DNA from: Gemmatimonadota bacterium
GTDB taxonomy: Bacteria; 4572-55; J002
Length of the DNA stretch: 64,000 bases
Reading direction: 5' to 3'
Assembly (NCBI GenBank): GCA_003697105.1
Contig: RFFQ01000095.1
Coordinates: 3,388-67,387 of the forward strand
This document shows, piece after piece, positions 19,601 to 28,582 of this stretch (the stretch's first letter is position 1; each line of letters starts with the position of its first letter). The notes beneath the pieces were generated by a model. The model saw nothing but the letters and a program-made list of their open reading frames with translations. It searched no databases and was not told where the DNA came from. Made by a program: the position numbers and the translations under genes.

Positions 19601-22600
19601 AGTAGAGCGATTCGTGCCGCCGGTTCGATCTCCCATTGGGAAACCAGCACCGACGATACTCCCGCAAAGAGTAGCGCACGTTCCAATGCGACCATCACGG
19701 GTTCTTCGGCGTCCGGATCCGCATCCGGCATGTTCCAACCACTGATTGTTACCAAATTTGCCTGAAGCGGTATCTCAAACCATTCAAAGAGCGACATCGT
19801 TTGATTGTATGCTAAATAGAGGGGTGTGCGCAGTGGCAGTTGCGGTCGCGGCGAGGCTCTCAATGCCAAATGCACCAGCCCGTAATCCGGTAGCATCCGT
19901 CGGAGCGTTGCTGGCGAGAGCGAATCTCCCTCCAATAGATACGGTTGCGGTAACGAGAAGACCAATTCACCCACTTCAGTCAGAGACCCTGCTAGGGTAA
20001 ATGCCGTCCGGCGTTCTTCTGTTGCGACTAAAAGGGTATTCATGGCGGGGAGATACTGCTGTTGCTGTGCCACCAGCACACTGCTCAAGCTGGAGGCGTA
20101 CGTCACACGGTGATCTTCAATCACATAACGCCCATTGTGCCGCAATGCCGCAAACGGGATGGCGTACAGCATTTTATCCGGCAAGATGGTCCACTCCGAA
20201 TAGGTCGCTAATTCTGATGTAACAGGTTGTAATATCGCATCATACACCCATTCTAAAAAGATGTTCAGCGAATCCAGATTGTGGGATAGCTGGTCGTGTA
20301 AGGTGTGGGTCAAGGATGCCAACTGGGTGGTGGAGAGCGGCAGGCGAGCGGATACAATTCGATTTTTGGAAATAACCCAGACCACCGATTGGTTGTATCC
20401 CACATGATAAGCAATCAGGGCTTGGGTGGCGGTTAGCTGTTGTTGGATATTATCAATTGCCGGCGGGTTGACTCGAAATAGATCATACACCGCGGTGTCC
20501 GCTAAGGTGAGTGCGCTGAGTTCCGCTTCTGCCCGCTCCCGTTGGAGATGGTACTGTTGGCGTTCCTGTTTCTGTTCCGGAAGCAATGTTTGCATGTGAT
20601 AACGTATATTGACGATCTGCCGTCCCAATTGAAGTGCTCTATTTTCCGTGCTATCTGGCAGATTGAGGCGCTGGTTGCCGCTTATGTCGATCAGTTGGTG
20701 TGCCCGTTGGCGTTCCTTTACGATGAGTGCGGCTCGTACTCGATTCTGTGCCATCAAGGTGGCAATGGTTTCGGCATACACGCCCTCCTGATCCGCGGGG
20801 TTGGTCGGGATGGTTGGGGGCAGTGCTTCCACTATATCCAATGCCTGATAGAGCAATTTGAGCCGTTCATCCGCCGCTTGCGTGACCTGAGCTTGAATGT
20901 ACAGCACTTGCCATAGCAGTTCCGGTAAACCGTGCGTTGCGGCTAATGACCGGGCGGAATTGGGACCAACACTCAGGTACGATAGCGCTGTTGCCGTATC
21001 TCCCTGAGCCAAATAGACCAGTGCCACATTTTTGCGGATCAGGGCACGCTCCCGGGGATGATCATACCGGAATGAGAGCCGATCTGCCTGAAGATAATAG
21101 GCTAGGGCTTGTTGGTAAAAGGTGTCAAAAATGGTGGAGGTGGCTTGTTGGTTAAGATACGTTGTCAGGTCGGAGTCTAACCCCAAATCATAGCCGGTCT
21201 GTTGTTTCAGGTCGGTTAGATAGCGGCGAATCACCTCTTGACTGGATTTTATCTGATTTTGGCGCTCGATGTCATCCGTGGCTTTCTCGCCCGGCAACCG
21301 TGGGTCCAATTGATTGCGGTAGAGGGCGAAATAAATACTGGCGAGTTGGTGATAAATCGCCAACTCCATCCGTTGGTCTTCAACAGTGAATACCGGACGC
21401 TCTGCTTTTCGCCGTTGGATTAATTCCAATGCCTGTGTTTGGTAATGTAATGCTTTGCGCCCGCGCCACACCGGTACCGGTTTCCGGTTCGGGGAGGTAC
21501 TGGCAGACCGGTCTAGCATTGCGAGATACACTTGCCCTAAATTTTGATAATTGATTAATGCGCCTACCTGAAAATCATGTTTTGGGTCGCGGCATATTTG
21601 AAGGGAATTCTCAAAATGAAACAGAGCTTCGTCTTCATTTTTAAGCTGTAAGTAGATGTTTCCCAGATTATTATAACAGATTGCGCGCTCTTGCGCATTT
21701 CCGCTCATCTCCAAAATCTCTAATCTTTTCTGTGTGAAGTCACGTGCGCGTTCATAATCTTGTAGTTGATAGTAGCTTTCCGCTAGGATGCTGTAGACCA
21801 ATGTGATTTCGTCACTGGGTGAGAACGGTTTTTGTCCGCGAGATTCGCCAATGGTGGTGGGGATTCGCACAAATGGCATGGCAAAAGTGAGCAACCGGAG
21901 ATTATAGGGGACGATTTGAAGGGGAGCAAGTTGGGTGCGCTCCCGGCGGAAGTCCTGATGTTGCCACTCGTGTTCGGCTCGTTTTGCCCAGTAGATGGCG
22001 GAGTCATAGTTGCCCATGTGGAGGGCATTCGTGGCAATTTGCCGGAAACATAATCGTTGGAGGTGCTGTCGTTCTTCTGCCGGAAGTTCAACGTCATCCA
22101 GTTGGTGTAATGCCCGTTGGATATAACGGGAAGATGCCGGATAATCTTTGGCGACATAGTACAGTGCCCCCAGTTGTTGGTAAGCCTCATATACCAACGC
22201 CGAATCCCGTTGGAGACGAGCGAGTTCAATCAGGCGGTGAAATGCCCGGTTGCCCGCCGAAACGTCTTCCAAAAAGAAGGCACACCGCCCCATTCGCCGC
22301 TGGATTTCGATCTCCTGTGATACGGATTGGAACGTCGAATCCATTTCTATTTTTTGTTGGTAGTAGTAATATGCTTTTTGGAAGCTGGTTTCATCTCCGT
22401 TATCGGCGAGATGGTAGAAGGTATTTGCCAAGTTGAGGAGCAACGCGGCTTCCCATTGTGGAAACTGCTGTTCATCGTTGAGTGTGAGCGCAATTTGATA
22501 TTTCTCGATAGCCAGTTCATAGAGGAATTCCCGTTCATCCGGTTCAATGCGGTTTTCGCGGCGTTGCTGTTCGTAATCTTTTCGCAAACCTTCGTACACG

Positions 22601-24966
22601 TATCCCAATGCCAGATAGGTATCAATTTGGCGAAAATCCAGATCGAGTGCTGTTTCCAATGCCGGTCGTGCCGCGGCAAGTTGCTGCATATTTGAGGTCT
22701 GATGGAATTGTTCGATTCGGGCGAATCCGGCGGCGTAATGGTAGGTGGCTTCATGTGAAAATTCGGTGCGGAGCGAGTCATAATGGGCAATAATGGCGGG
22801 TAGTTGGTGGTGTTGGCTGCGAATCCAACCGCGATGTGCCGCCCAATGGAGTGAATCTTGTTGGAGTGCTTGTTGAAAAAAGGCGGCTGCGGCTGCCGGT
22901 TGGTGTTGGTCCAAAGCATTTTGTCCCTGATTGAGGTAGGTTTGTACCAAATGTTCGCGGGCACGTTGACCCACGGTGCCGTTTTCATACCGTCCGTACT
23001 CCTGAATGATGAGTTTATAGAGGGCTTCGGTGCGATCATCGCCGGTGTGACTATAGATACGACCCATCGCGAACAGCGCCTGAATCTGCCAGTCATGTTC
23101 GTTGGGGTATTGCTGGATGAGTTGCTCGTATGCGGAAAGCGCCGCATCGTACTGCTGTTGTTGCTCATAAATTGTGCCGATCTGGAATTGTGCGCGGGCA
23201 CACAAGGAGGTATAAAAGGGATAGGATTGGATGATTTGATAAAATCCGGTCAGTTGGTCCATTGGATTGTCATATGCGGTATAAAAGGCGATAATGCGCT
23301 TTTCAGCCACTGCCGTCCATTTTTCTGAGGTGAAATAGGTCTCCAGTATGTGCAAGTAGCGTTCGATTCCACTGCCACGGTCTCCCAATTGGGTATAAAT
23401 ATCGGCAATTTTAAGGTTCGCTTCCGCGGCACTATCGTATTGGCGTGGGAACTGATCCACCACATGCTGGTATTGCTCCAGCGCCCGGGAATTTTCACCT
23501 ACTACGTGATGTAAATCCCCCATTGCCAGATAGATACGAGCTAATGCCCATTCATTTTGCTGGTGTTCTTCTAGTAATCTTTGGTATGCCTTCTGAGCAG
23601 CAACAGCGTTATGTTGATGCTTCCATTGTGCTTGGATGTAGGCAATTTGAATCAACGGTTTAAGAGGTGTTTCCGGGTAGTTTTGCAATGCCGTTTGATA
23701 TGTGTCGAGTGCTAGGCGTTGTTGGTCGGTTTTTTCGTACAATTGCCCTAACTGGTAGAAGGCTTCGGCGGCGTATGGACTTGCCGGAAAATTATCAATG
23801 ACGCGATGATACGCCAACATAGCGGTAGTGGCAGACCGGTTATTTCTGATCCAGTGGGCATATCGTAATTGGAACTCCGCGGAAGGGGCGATGGGAACTT
23901 CCCCGAAGGCAGGCATTTGCCAAATATCCATATTTCCACTGCGGTTGGTGGCGAAGTAGATTGAGCGACCATCCGGGCTCCACACGGGTTGGTAATTGAT
24001 GTACTCATGCGTGGTCAGAGGTATGACCCGGCGGGTTGAAAGATCGATCCGGTATAGCCCGGGGTTATCAGCGAGTGTGACATGCCCATCACCATTTGTA
24101 TCTTGATGGTAACGGGCAAAGACGATCTGTTGCCCATCGGGACTCCAAGCGGGCGTGAGGTCATAATCCGAACCGCTGGTTAATTGTACCAGTGAATCCC
24201 CATTGGCGGAAATTAACCACAAGTCGCCGTTATTATCCGGTTTACCCCGAAAAGAGACATGAGCAATCCACTTTCCATCCGGGCTCCAGCGGGGGGCAAA
24301 ACCGCCATCTTGGGTGAGCGGCCGGGCATTTTCCCCTTTGGCAGTGCATAACCAGAGATTTCGTTGAGGTGGGGAGGTACTGGTTATGTGTCGTCGGGAA
24401 GTAAATACAATCTGATCTCCGCTGGGATGCCAATCTGGATCGGTATCCTCGCCATTAAAATGGGTCAGTTGGGTCGCGTGTTCATCTGTTTGGTCGAGAT
24501 CATGGATGGGGATAGTCCACAGATCACCACCGGCATCCTTCCGCCGGGAGACATACACCAATTGTTCCTTTTTTGGATGCCATGCCGGTTCGACATCGGC
24601 ACTGGTATGGCGGGTCAATTGGCTGGGGCGGCTGCCGTTTACGGCCCGTTTCCACAAATTCCAGTTGGCATTTTGATCGGCATCGGTTCGCCCGGAAACA
24701 AAGACCAACGTTTGCCCATCCGGGGAAATTGCCGGAAAGAGGTCTATATCGGTATTGGTGGTAATTTGCTGGGGCACTTGATTGCGGATGGACTCGAACC
24801 ATTCTTCGTAACGGATTGATGCTTCCGATGCCGGGGCTATTGGCGGGGTCGATATGGGAAGCGGAAGGTGAGGGGTTACGCGGGAGCTTGTACACCCCCC
24901 ACTAAATATGATGAGTAGAATCAGAGTAATATAACCGCCGGAAGGGCACCGTTGGGGGTATTGCAT
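16654..24966 (-). CDS. Giant secreted/lipo-anchored protein (2,770 aa): signal peptide, TolB-like PD40 beta-propeller repeats, about 1,500 aa of TPRs, and two CHAT-like domains separated by more TPRs
   Basis: A hydrophobic N-terminus ends in 'SGGC'. PD40 repeats include 'SPDGQTLVFVSGR', 'PDWHPSGDQIVFTSRR' and 'PVWSPDGRSIYFATNR'. The CHAT-fold blocks are 'YAIPFAALRHNGRYVIEDHRVTYASSLS ... GLVHLALRA ... LVTISGWNM ... LLFAGVSSVLVSQWEI' and 'LYHHITWGDHQ ... ITISGGLLD ... AFLLSGAPTVVGALWRSD'. The catalytic-Cys positions are Gly in both. Confidence 0.8.
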   Translation of the reverse strand: MQYPQRCPSGGYITLILLIIFSGGCTSSRVTPHLPLPISTPPIAPASEASIRYEEWFESIRNQVPQQITTNTDIDLFPAISPDGQTLVFVSGRTDADQNANWNLWKRAVNGSRPSQLTRHTSADVEPAWHPKKEQLVYVSRRKDAGGDLWTIPIHDLDQTDEHATQLTHFNGEDTDPDWHPSGDQIVFTSRRHITSTSPPQRNLWLCTAKGENARPLTQDGGFAPRWSPDGKWIAHVSFRGKPDNNGDLWLISANGDSLVQLTSGSDYDLTPAWSPDGQQIVFARYHQDTNGDGHVTLADNPGLYRIDLSTRRVIPLTTHEYINYQPVWSPDGRSIYFATNRSGNMDIWQMPAFGEVPIAPSAEFQLRYAHWIRNNRSATTAMLAYHRVIDNFPASPYAAEAFYQLGQLYEKTDQQRLALDTYQTALQNYPETPLKPLIQIAYIQAQWKHQHNAVAAQKAYQRLLEEHQQNEWALARIYLAMGDLHHVVGENSRALEQYQHVVDQFPRQYDSAAEANLKIADIYTQLGDRGSGIERYLHILETYFTSEKWTAVAEKRIIAFYTAYDNPMDQLTGFYQIIQSYPFYTSLCARAQFQIGTIYEQQQQYDAALSAYEQLIQQYPNEHDWQIQALFAMGRIYSHTGDDRTEALYKLIIQEYGRYENGTVGQRAREHLVQTYLNQGQNALDQHQPAAAAAFFQQALQQDSLHWAAHRGWIRSQHHQLPAIIAHYDSLRTEFSHEATYHYAAGFARIEQFHQTSNMQQLAAARPALETALDLDFRQIDTYLALGYVYEGLRKDYEQQRRENRIEPDEREFLYELAIEKYQIALTLNDEQQFPQWEAALLLNLANTFYHLADNGDETSFQKAYYYYQQKIEMDSTFQSVSQEIEIQRRMGRCAFFLEDVSAGNRAFHRLIELARLQRDSALVYEAYQQLGALYYVAKDYPASSRYIQRALHQLDDVELPAEERQHLQRLCFRQIATNALHMGNYDSAIYWAKRAEHEWQHQDFRRERTQLAPLQIVPYNLRLLTFAMPFVRIPTTIGESRGQKPFSPSDEITLVYSILAESYYQLQDYERARDFTQKRLEILEMSGNAQERAICYNNLGNIYLQLKNEDEALFHFENSLQICRDPKHDFQVGALINYQNLGQVYLAMLDRSASTSPNRKPVPVWRGRKALHYQTQALELIQRRKAERPVFTVEDQRMELAIYHQLASIYFALYRNQLDPRLPGEKATDDIERQNQIKSSQEVIRRYLTDLKQQTGYDLGLDSDLTTYLNQQATSTIFDTFYQQALAYYLQADRLSFRYDHPRERALIRKNVALVYLAQGDTATALSYLSVGPNSARSLAATHGLPELLWQVLYIQAQVTQAADERLKLLYQALDIVEALPPTIPTNPADQEGVYAETIATLMAQNRVRAALIVKERQRAHQLIDISGNQRLNLPDSTENRALQLGRQIVNIRYHMQTLLPEQKQERQQYHLQRERAEAELSALTLADTAVYDLFRVNPPAIDNIQQQLTATQALIAYHVGYNQSVVWVISKNRIVSARLPLSTTQLASLTHTLHDQLSHNLDSLNIFLEWVYDAILQPVTSELATYSEWTILPDKMLYAIPFAALRHNGRYVIEDHRVTYASSLSSVLVAQQQQYLPAMNTLLVATEERRTAFTLAGSLTEVGELVFSLPQPYLLEGDSLSPATLRRMLPDYGLVHLALRASPRPQLPLRTPLYLAYNQTMSLFEWFEIPLQANLVTISGWNMPDADPDAEEPVMVALERALLFAGVSSVLVSQWEIEPAARIALLGHLYEYQQAQNTIAGALQQTQIEAIQRQQTVREWAGFRLWGFPGLPAQSLQKVARQQLEQSYQQALHYRNAGQWERAIHALETALRLAEYAAPQRISPIYNELVQALYENGDYRQAATTQQKQLTRLQKDRTTPIENITQAHRMLVRCLRAAQQPKLALRYQERYVAFLHEKQLSDHFPLAYTTLAELEIELEAYDPAKQHLDDAQQYSQQHNRPDVLAKVLRLRGDLAFRQINVAAALASYRQALPIYQQLADTVEIAHVFWQIGRLYLTLARPDSALEAFQQADQYLRVLGTAPLQMTLAQEIATAALEYGDYTLALKWVERAELRAGNPAPPSTPWEITRLKSHILWLQGKSKQSFRVLQTALQHAQLNPVQGHGIIMLKSQLGLMYLQEHHPTRAQFYFSEVLATNDGFKSLPDGAKCHYNLAVACLQAAQVARAKTHLDTALAWLAGTPDPVLQSAVELRLGEIAYQEQQIEQADSLLQNAWQHAHQAILPELEGRILAVIAANMAHTGHVDSAVVYYRRALDYIERSDSRAFALEYGFFIPEREIYESLVRLLLAQNKPEAAWEVAARAKWWDYLKWISPFPGQRSELKAYRSLKSAYQSHIQQARLYQKQGIALPEQLQHQLGEQSRKIAREIQHLVTDQPRASLMVSTAAIDLQRVQAHLPKDTVVLDYFWMASEVWVWVISAQAVRAVPLHIHPEQLAGQVAEYQRQLYYVMDTAQTALALYTALIAPVEDHVQQYARWCIVPDRVLASLSFGALKPAPDSYLMDTHRLRYAPSAMFAIPLPPASASVANRMVVLSSITEPLMAKEAISAKRLVPGVILQTEMNIQRGRVDSMLVTANQALFSCPLETTPANPLYHHITWGDHQLAVYSILDLEHRLKHITISGGLLDLPDTVSAIVPLGIPTAFLLSGAPTVVGALWRSDNLSTAIAIKRYLRALPGNTTEDALNAAQSMIRERFPHPSYWANLILFGSGD

Positions 24967-24975
24967 GGAACACTT

Positions 24976-25431
24976 TTACTGGTTTGGGGAAGGATAAATA
25001 TAGATACCCACTGTATCCTTCACGTTTGGATCGGTATCCCACCAGCCTTCTACGATGGCTTTCACACCTTGTACCGGGGGGTTCGTTTGAAATCCACTGA
25101 ACGTAACGGATGTTTGTCCGGTATTATCAGTGACACCAAAGGCTTGAATTTCACCTATATCGGTGCGGAAAATCACGGTTTCTCCGCTCAAAGCCTGATT
25201 ATCTCCGTCACGCAGGGTGGCGAAGACCTCCGCATAGACTGAATCCCCACCGGCATCGTAAACTGTGGTTGGCGTAGCGGTCAAGGTTAATTTTGCTGGC
25301 GACGTATCCCGATTTTCGCACCCGGTTAGGAGCACGAGAAGGCTCAACTGAACAAAGATACAAACGCTGATGATGGGGGAGACTCCCTTTGAGACCTTTA
25401 GGGCTTTTTTGTCATTAAAACTCATACTCAC
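24976..25431 (-). CDS. Lipoprotein with a bacterial Ig-like (Big-type) domain
   Basis: Signal peptide with lipobox 'LLTGC'. A beta-rich block 'TLTATPTTVYDAGGDSVYAEVFATLRDGDNQALSGETVIF' follows. The stop lies 10 nt before the giant gene's start, which indicates an operon. Confidence 0.6.
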   Translation of the reverse strand: MSMSFNDKKALKVSKGVSPIISVCIFVQLSLLVLLTGCENRDTSPAKLTLTATPTTVYDAGGDSVYAEVFATLRDGDNQALSGETVIFRTDIGEIQAFGVTDNTGQTSVTFSGFQTNPPVQGVKAIVEGWWDTDPNVKDTVGIYIYPSPNQ

Positions 25432-25624
25432 ACTCCTTTCCGAGAGAAGAATTAAACATCATGTTGCTTTTTTTGACCTTATTTCCGGAGTAGTCCTGAG
25501 ATGCTCTGGCAGTAAAATATAGATATAGCCTTGATTTTAGGAGGTTGATGAACATCGGCATTAAATCTGCTGAAGACATGTTACTCCTTCCCCTCCAGTA
25601 GCCGCTATACAATGGCGGTTATAC

Positions 25625-25675
25625 AAAAACCAGTTTCTTCGATGGCGAATCGAGGAAACTGGTTTTCTTTATTTC
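25625..25675 (-). terminator. Strong intrinsic terminator downstream of the PorV-like gene
   Basis: 15-bp stem AACCAGTTTCTTCGA(25628-42)/TCGAGGAAACTGGTT(25650-64) with one mismatch. A- and T-tracts flank it, so it may act in both directions. Confidence 0.6.
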
Positions 25676-25702
25676 AGCCAATAACCTAAACTGGAGAAAT
25701 GG

Positions 25703-26554
25703 TTAGAATTGGTAGCCGAATCCAAACTGGTGGGTCAACGGTAGTTTTTCATGGTTTGTCAGGGCATAATCCAGTTGGATATCAGAAAAGGAAAAGCCCA
25801 ATCCGGTGGAGAAGCGGTTGGGTTCGGTTTGAACACCTGCCCGAACGTCACAGCGCATGTTGAGCAGAGGGTCCTCGTACACTCGAAATTCCATTCCGAC
25901 CAGTGCCCGTACCGGTTGACCTTTTTCTTTGGAAAGATCAAATGCTGTCAATACTCCGGTCAATGGTGTGTAGGAAATACCGACATTAATCAGTTGGGGG
26001 AGATCGTTGGTATGGGCATTTTTTACCGTACTCTCAATTTCTGGGCGATTGGCATTGTGGATAAACGCACCGAGCCGCCAGCGGCGGTAAATTGTTGCCA
26101 TAAAACCGGCATCAACCCCGTAAGTTATGGCATTCCCCAAGCGGTCACCTTGGTCGATTTGGTATCCGGTCAGGTTGTAACCAAATGCCAAATCGCGTGT
26201 GAGAGCGAGTCCGTGTGAAATTGTCAATGCCCGTTCGCTAAGTTGGGAGAATCCCATATCCTGATAACCCACACCCCAGGTACCCCACCGCGTGGGGTAG
26301 GCGACATCAAGCGTTCCGTTATGGATGCCACTGCCGTAGAGGTCTTTGTATTGTGCCCGAAGCTCGGGACGATCTACCCGGCTTAAGCCGGCAGGATTAA
26401 ACCGGATGGCAGTGGCATTGTTCGCTACAGCAGTAAATGCCCCTCCCATCCCTTGTGCCCGAACTCCAAATTCCATATCCTCAAAAACCCCGGCATGGAG
26501 GCTCATGGGGATGAGCATAGCACTGACCCATAATATCCACATGCGTTTCATCAC
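25703..26554 (-). CDS. PorV/PorQ-family outer-membrane beta-barrel protein
   Basis: Signal peptide. Signature 'GVRAQGMGGAFTAVANNATAIRFNPAGL'. Alternating-hydrophobic beta-strands, and a C-terminal aromatic residue ('GYQF'). Confidence 0.6.
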   Translation of the reverse strand: MMKRMWILWVSAMLIPMSLHAGVFEDMEFGVRAQGMGGAFTAVANNATAIRFNPAGLSRVDRPELRAQYKDLYGSGIHNGTLDVAYPTRWGTWGVGYQDMGFSQLSERALTISHGLALTRDLAFGYNLTGYQIDQGDRLGNAITYGVDAGFMATIYRRWRLGAFIHNANRPEIESTVKNAHTNDLPQLINVGISYTPLTGVLTAFDLSKEKGQPVRALVGMEFRVYEDPLLNMRCDVRAGVQTEPNRFSTGLGFSFSDIQLDYALTNHEKLPLTHQFGFGYQF

Positions 26555-26576
26555 TTGAATTTCCTCAGAGAATCGA

Positions 26577-26975
26577 CTAGTTAAGACCCCGCCCCATTTT
26601 AGCTGAGACTTTGGGTTTAAAAATATATTCTTTTTTGTAAATGATCAGATCAACGGTTTTTTTGTAAGGGCGTACCGCAATTTCCATATCCCCGGGTTTG
26701 GGGTAGTTTCGACGGATACGGATATCGTATTCGGGGTCTCTAATGGGGATATTGTGTTTTTTTGCCACCTCCATGATGGCCGTTCGCACAACTGCGTCCG
26801 TTTTGACCTGCCCAAACCGAGCTTGTTCATCCATCACGCTAATCAGGGCATTAAAGCCAATTTTGGGGGTTGCCAGACGGATAACGGCATTCACAACGAC
26901 CCCCAAAATTACCAAAAAAATGATAACTTTAATTCCGGTGCTAAGTCCCCGTTGGTGTTGCTGGCGTGTAAGCAT
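26577..26975 (-). CDS. Small single-pass membrane protein of unknown function
   Basis: N-terminal TM helix 'IKVIIFLVILGVVVNAVI', followed by a basic soluble domain. Confidence 0.45.
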   Translation of the reverse strand: MLTRQQHQRGLSTGIKVIIFLVILGVVVNAVIRLATPKIGFNALISVMDEQARFGQVKTDAVVRTAIMEVAKKHNIPIRDPEYDIRIRRNYPKPGDMEIAVRPYKKTVDLIIYKKEYIFKPKVSAKMGRGLN

Positions 26976-26986
26976 GAATCACCTCT

Positions 26987-28459
26987 TTACCGAAGATACC
27001 GTTCACATTTCTGAATCCAGTGAGTTGCTTCGCCTCCGACAACCGGTTGGCTATTGGGATACCTATCGATAACGGCTTGGAAAGCCTCCTTGGCGGCGTT
27101 GTAATTTTGCTGAAAATAATAACAATACCCAATCATCAGTTGACCGTCGGGGTCCATATCCGTTTCTCGCGTATCTTGAATAACGCGTTCAAAATAGCGC
27201 ATCGCCATCTGGTAATCCCCCCGTTCAAAATAGCATTGTCCGATCATGTAAAGTGCTTCGTCAGTTTTGCTTGAGCTAGGGTATTCATCCAAAATACGTT
27301 CAAATAGCTCTTGTGCGGCATCAAATTGTTCATTTTGGTACTGAAATTTACCCGCTTTATATAGTTCCGTTGCCGCCTGCTCTTCCTCTGCTTGAAGTTT
27401 GTCTTCTGCGGGCGGTACCGGGAGCGGGGTCTTTTTTTCGACCACAACGGGTGGTGGTACTGCCGGAGGCTGGTTCACCACCGGCGTGGGGTTTACCGGT
27501 GTGGGGCTGGGGCTTACCGATGGTACGTTGCCAAAATGAAATGCGAGTGAGAACCGATGGGTCTCACCGAGATTCCCGTAAGGCACAAAGGCATAATCCA
27601 AATGGATCGTTCCGACCCGAAAACCGGCACCCGCCGTATATCCGGTATCATCACCTAAGGCATCCGTGCCTTCTGTTTTGTATTTGTAACCCGCACGAAG
27701 CGCAATCATGTGCTGGATCCAAAATTCCATTCCGCCGTATATCCGCACATTGTTATCATTCGGGATTTCCATATCCGCGGCCAGTAGCAGATTCTGGTTC
27801 AACATTTCGTAAGCGGCTCCGGCACGGATGGTCATCGGTAATGCTTGTGATTCGGCTTCAAATTTCATTTCTGGACCCAAATGCTGGGCAGTAAGGGCTA
27901 GCTTCAAATGACGTGCGGGTCGATAGGTCAATCCCACATCGGCGGCGAATCCGGTTGCCGAATACTCATCAATGGATTGGTAAATTCCTTTGATGGTGAC
28001 TCCGATGGCAACCATATTGCCTAGTTTTTGAGCTAGCGTTGCTCCCAACACATAATCTCCGGCGCTAAATTCATTAATGGGGCTGTTATATGTTGCTCCA
28101 CGGCCCTCAATGCCAGCGGTGTACAACCCACCACCAAAGAATCCCACATGCATGTTGCGAGAAAGCGGATGGGAGAATCCCAAATAGTCATAACGAATAT
28201 CTTGAAACCACTCGTAATGGGATAGTGTAACCGAACTGGACGTGTGAAAAGCCAATCCTGCCGGATTCCAATAGGTCGCCTCACCTCCAGTGGCGAGCGC
28301 AGAAAACGCTTCACCCATCCCGCTTGCACGAGCACCCACGGGAATTTTGAGAAATTTAGCGCCACTTTCACCCGCAGAGGCATTAATCTCACTGGCAAAT
28401 GCAGGTACTGCCAGAGAAAGCGCACAAAACAAAGATAAAACCTGCATGAAATGTTTCAT
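26987..28459 (-). CDS. Fusion protein: PorV/PorQ-like beta-barrel, Pro-rich linker, YbgF/CpoB-like TPR domain
   Basis: Signal peptide. 'AKFLKIPVGARASGMGEAFSALATGGEATYWNPAGLAF'. The barrel ends in 'FHFGNV'. The linker is 'SPSPTPVNPTPVVNQPPAVPPPVV'. The C-terminus 'FERILDEYPSSSKTDEALYMIGQCYFERGDYQMAMRYFERVI...AVIDRYPNSQ' matches the YbgF/BamD pattern. Confidence 0.65.
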   Translation of the reverse strand: MKHFMQVLSLFCALSLAVPAFASEINASAGESGAKFLKIPVGARASGMGEAFSALATGGEATYWNPAGLAFHTSSSVTLSHYEWFQDIRYDYLGFSHPLSRNMHVGFFGGGLYTAGIEGRGATYNSPINEFSAGDYVLGATLAQKLGNMVAIGVTIKGIYQSIDEYSATGFAADVGLTYRPARHLKLALTAQHLGPEMKFEAESQALPMTIRAGAAYEMLNQNLLLAADMEIPNDNNVRIYGGMEFWIQHMIALRAGYKYKTEGTDALGDDTGYTAGAGFRVGTIHLDYAFVPYGNLGETHRFSLAFHFGNVPSVSPSPTPVNPTPVVNQPPAVPPPVVVEKKTPLPVPPAEDKLQAEEEQAATELYKAGKFQYQNEQFDAAQELFERILDEYPSSSKTDEALYMIGQCYFERGDYQMAMRYFERVIQDTRETDMDPDGQLMIGYCYYFQQNYNAAKEAFQAVIDRYPNSQPVVGGEATHWIQKCERYLR

Positions 28460-28582
28460 TAGCGGTTCCTCCTTATAAAAAACTAAAAGATCACACCGCT
28501 ATGGGGCGCACGGTGTTAGAACGGAATAAATGTACCATAATTCCGAAAGTCTTGTCAAGTACAAAGTTGGTCAAAAGCTCGA

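Noticed and set aside
16721-24895. Dozens of 60-280-aa plus- and minus-strand track ORFs inside the giant gene, for example 16925-17548 and 22347-23201
   Set aside because: All lie within or antisense to the single 8.3-kb reading frame. They have biased, repeat-derived composition and no recognisable motifs. They are shadow ORFs.
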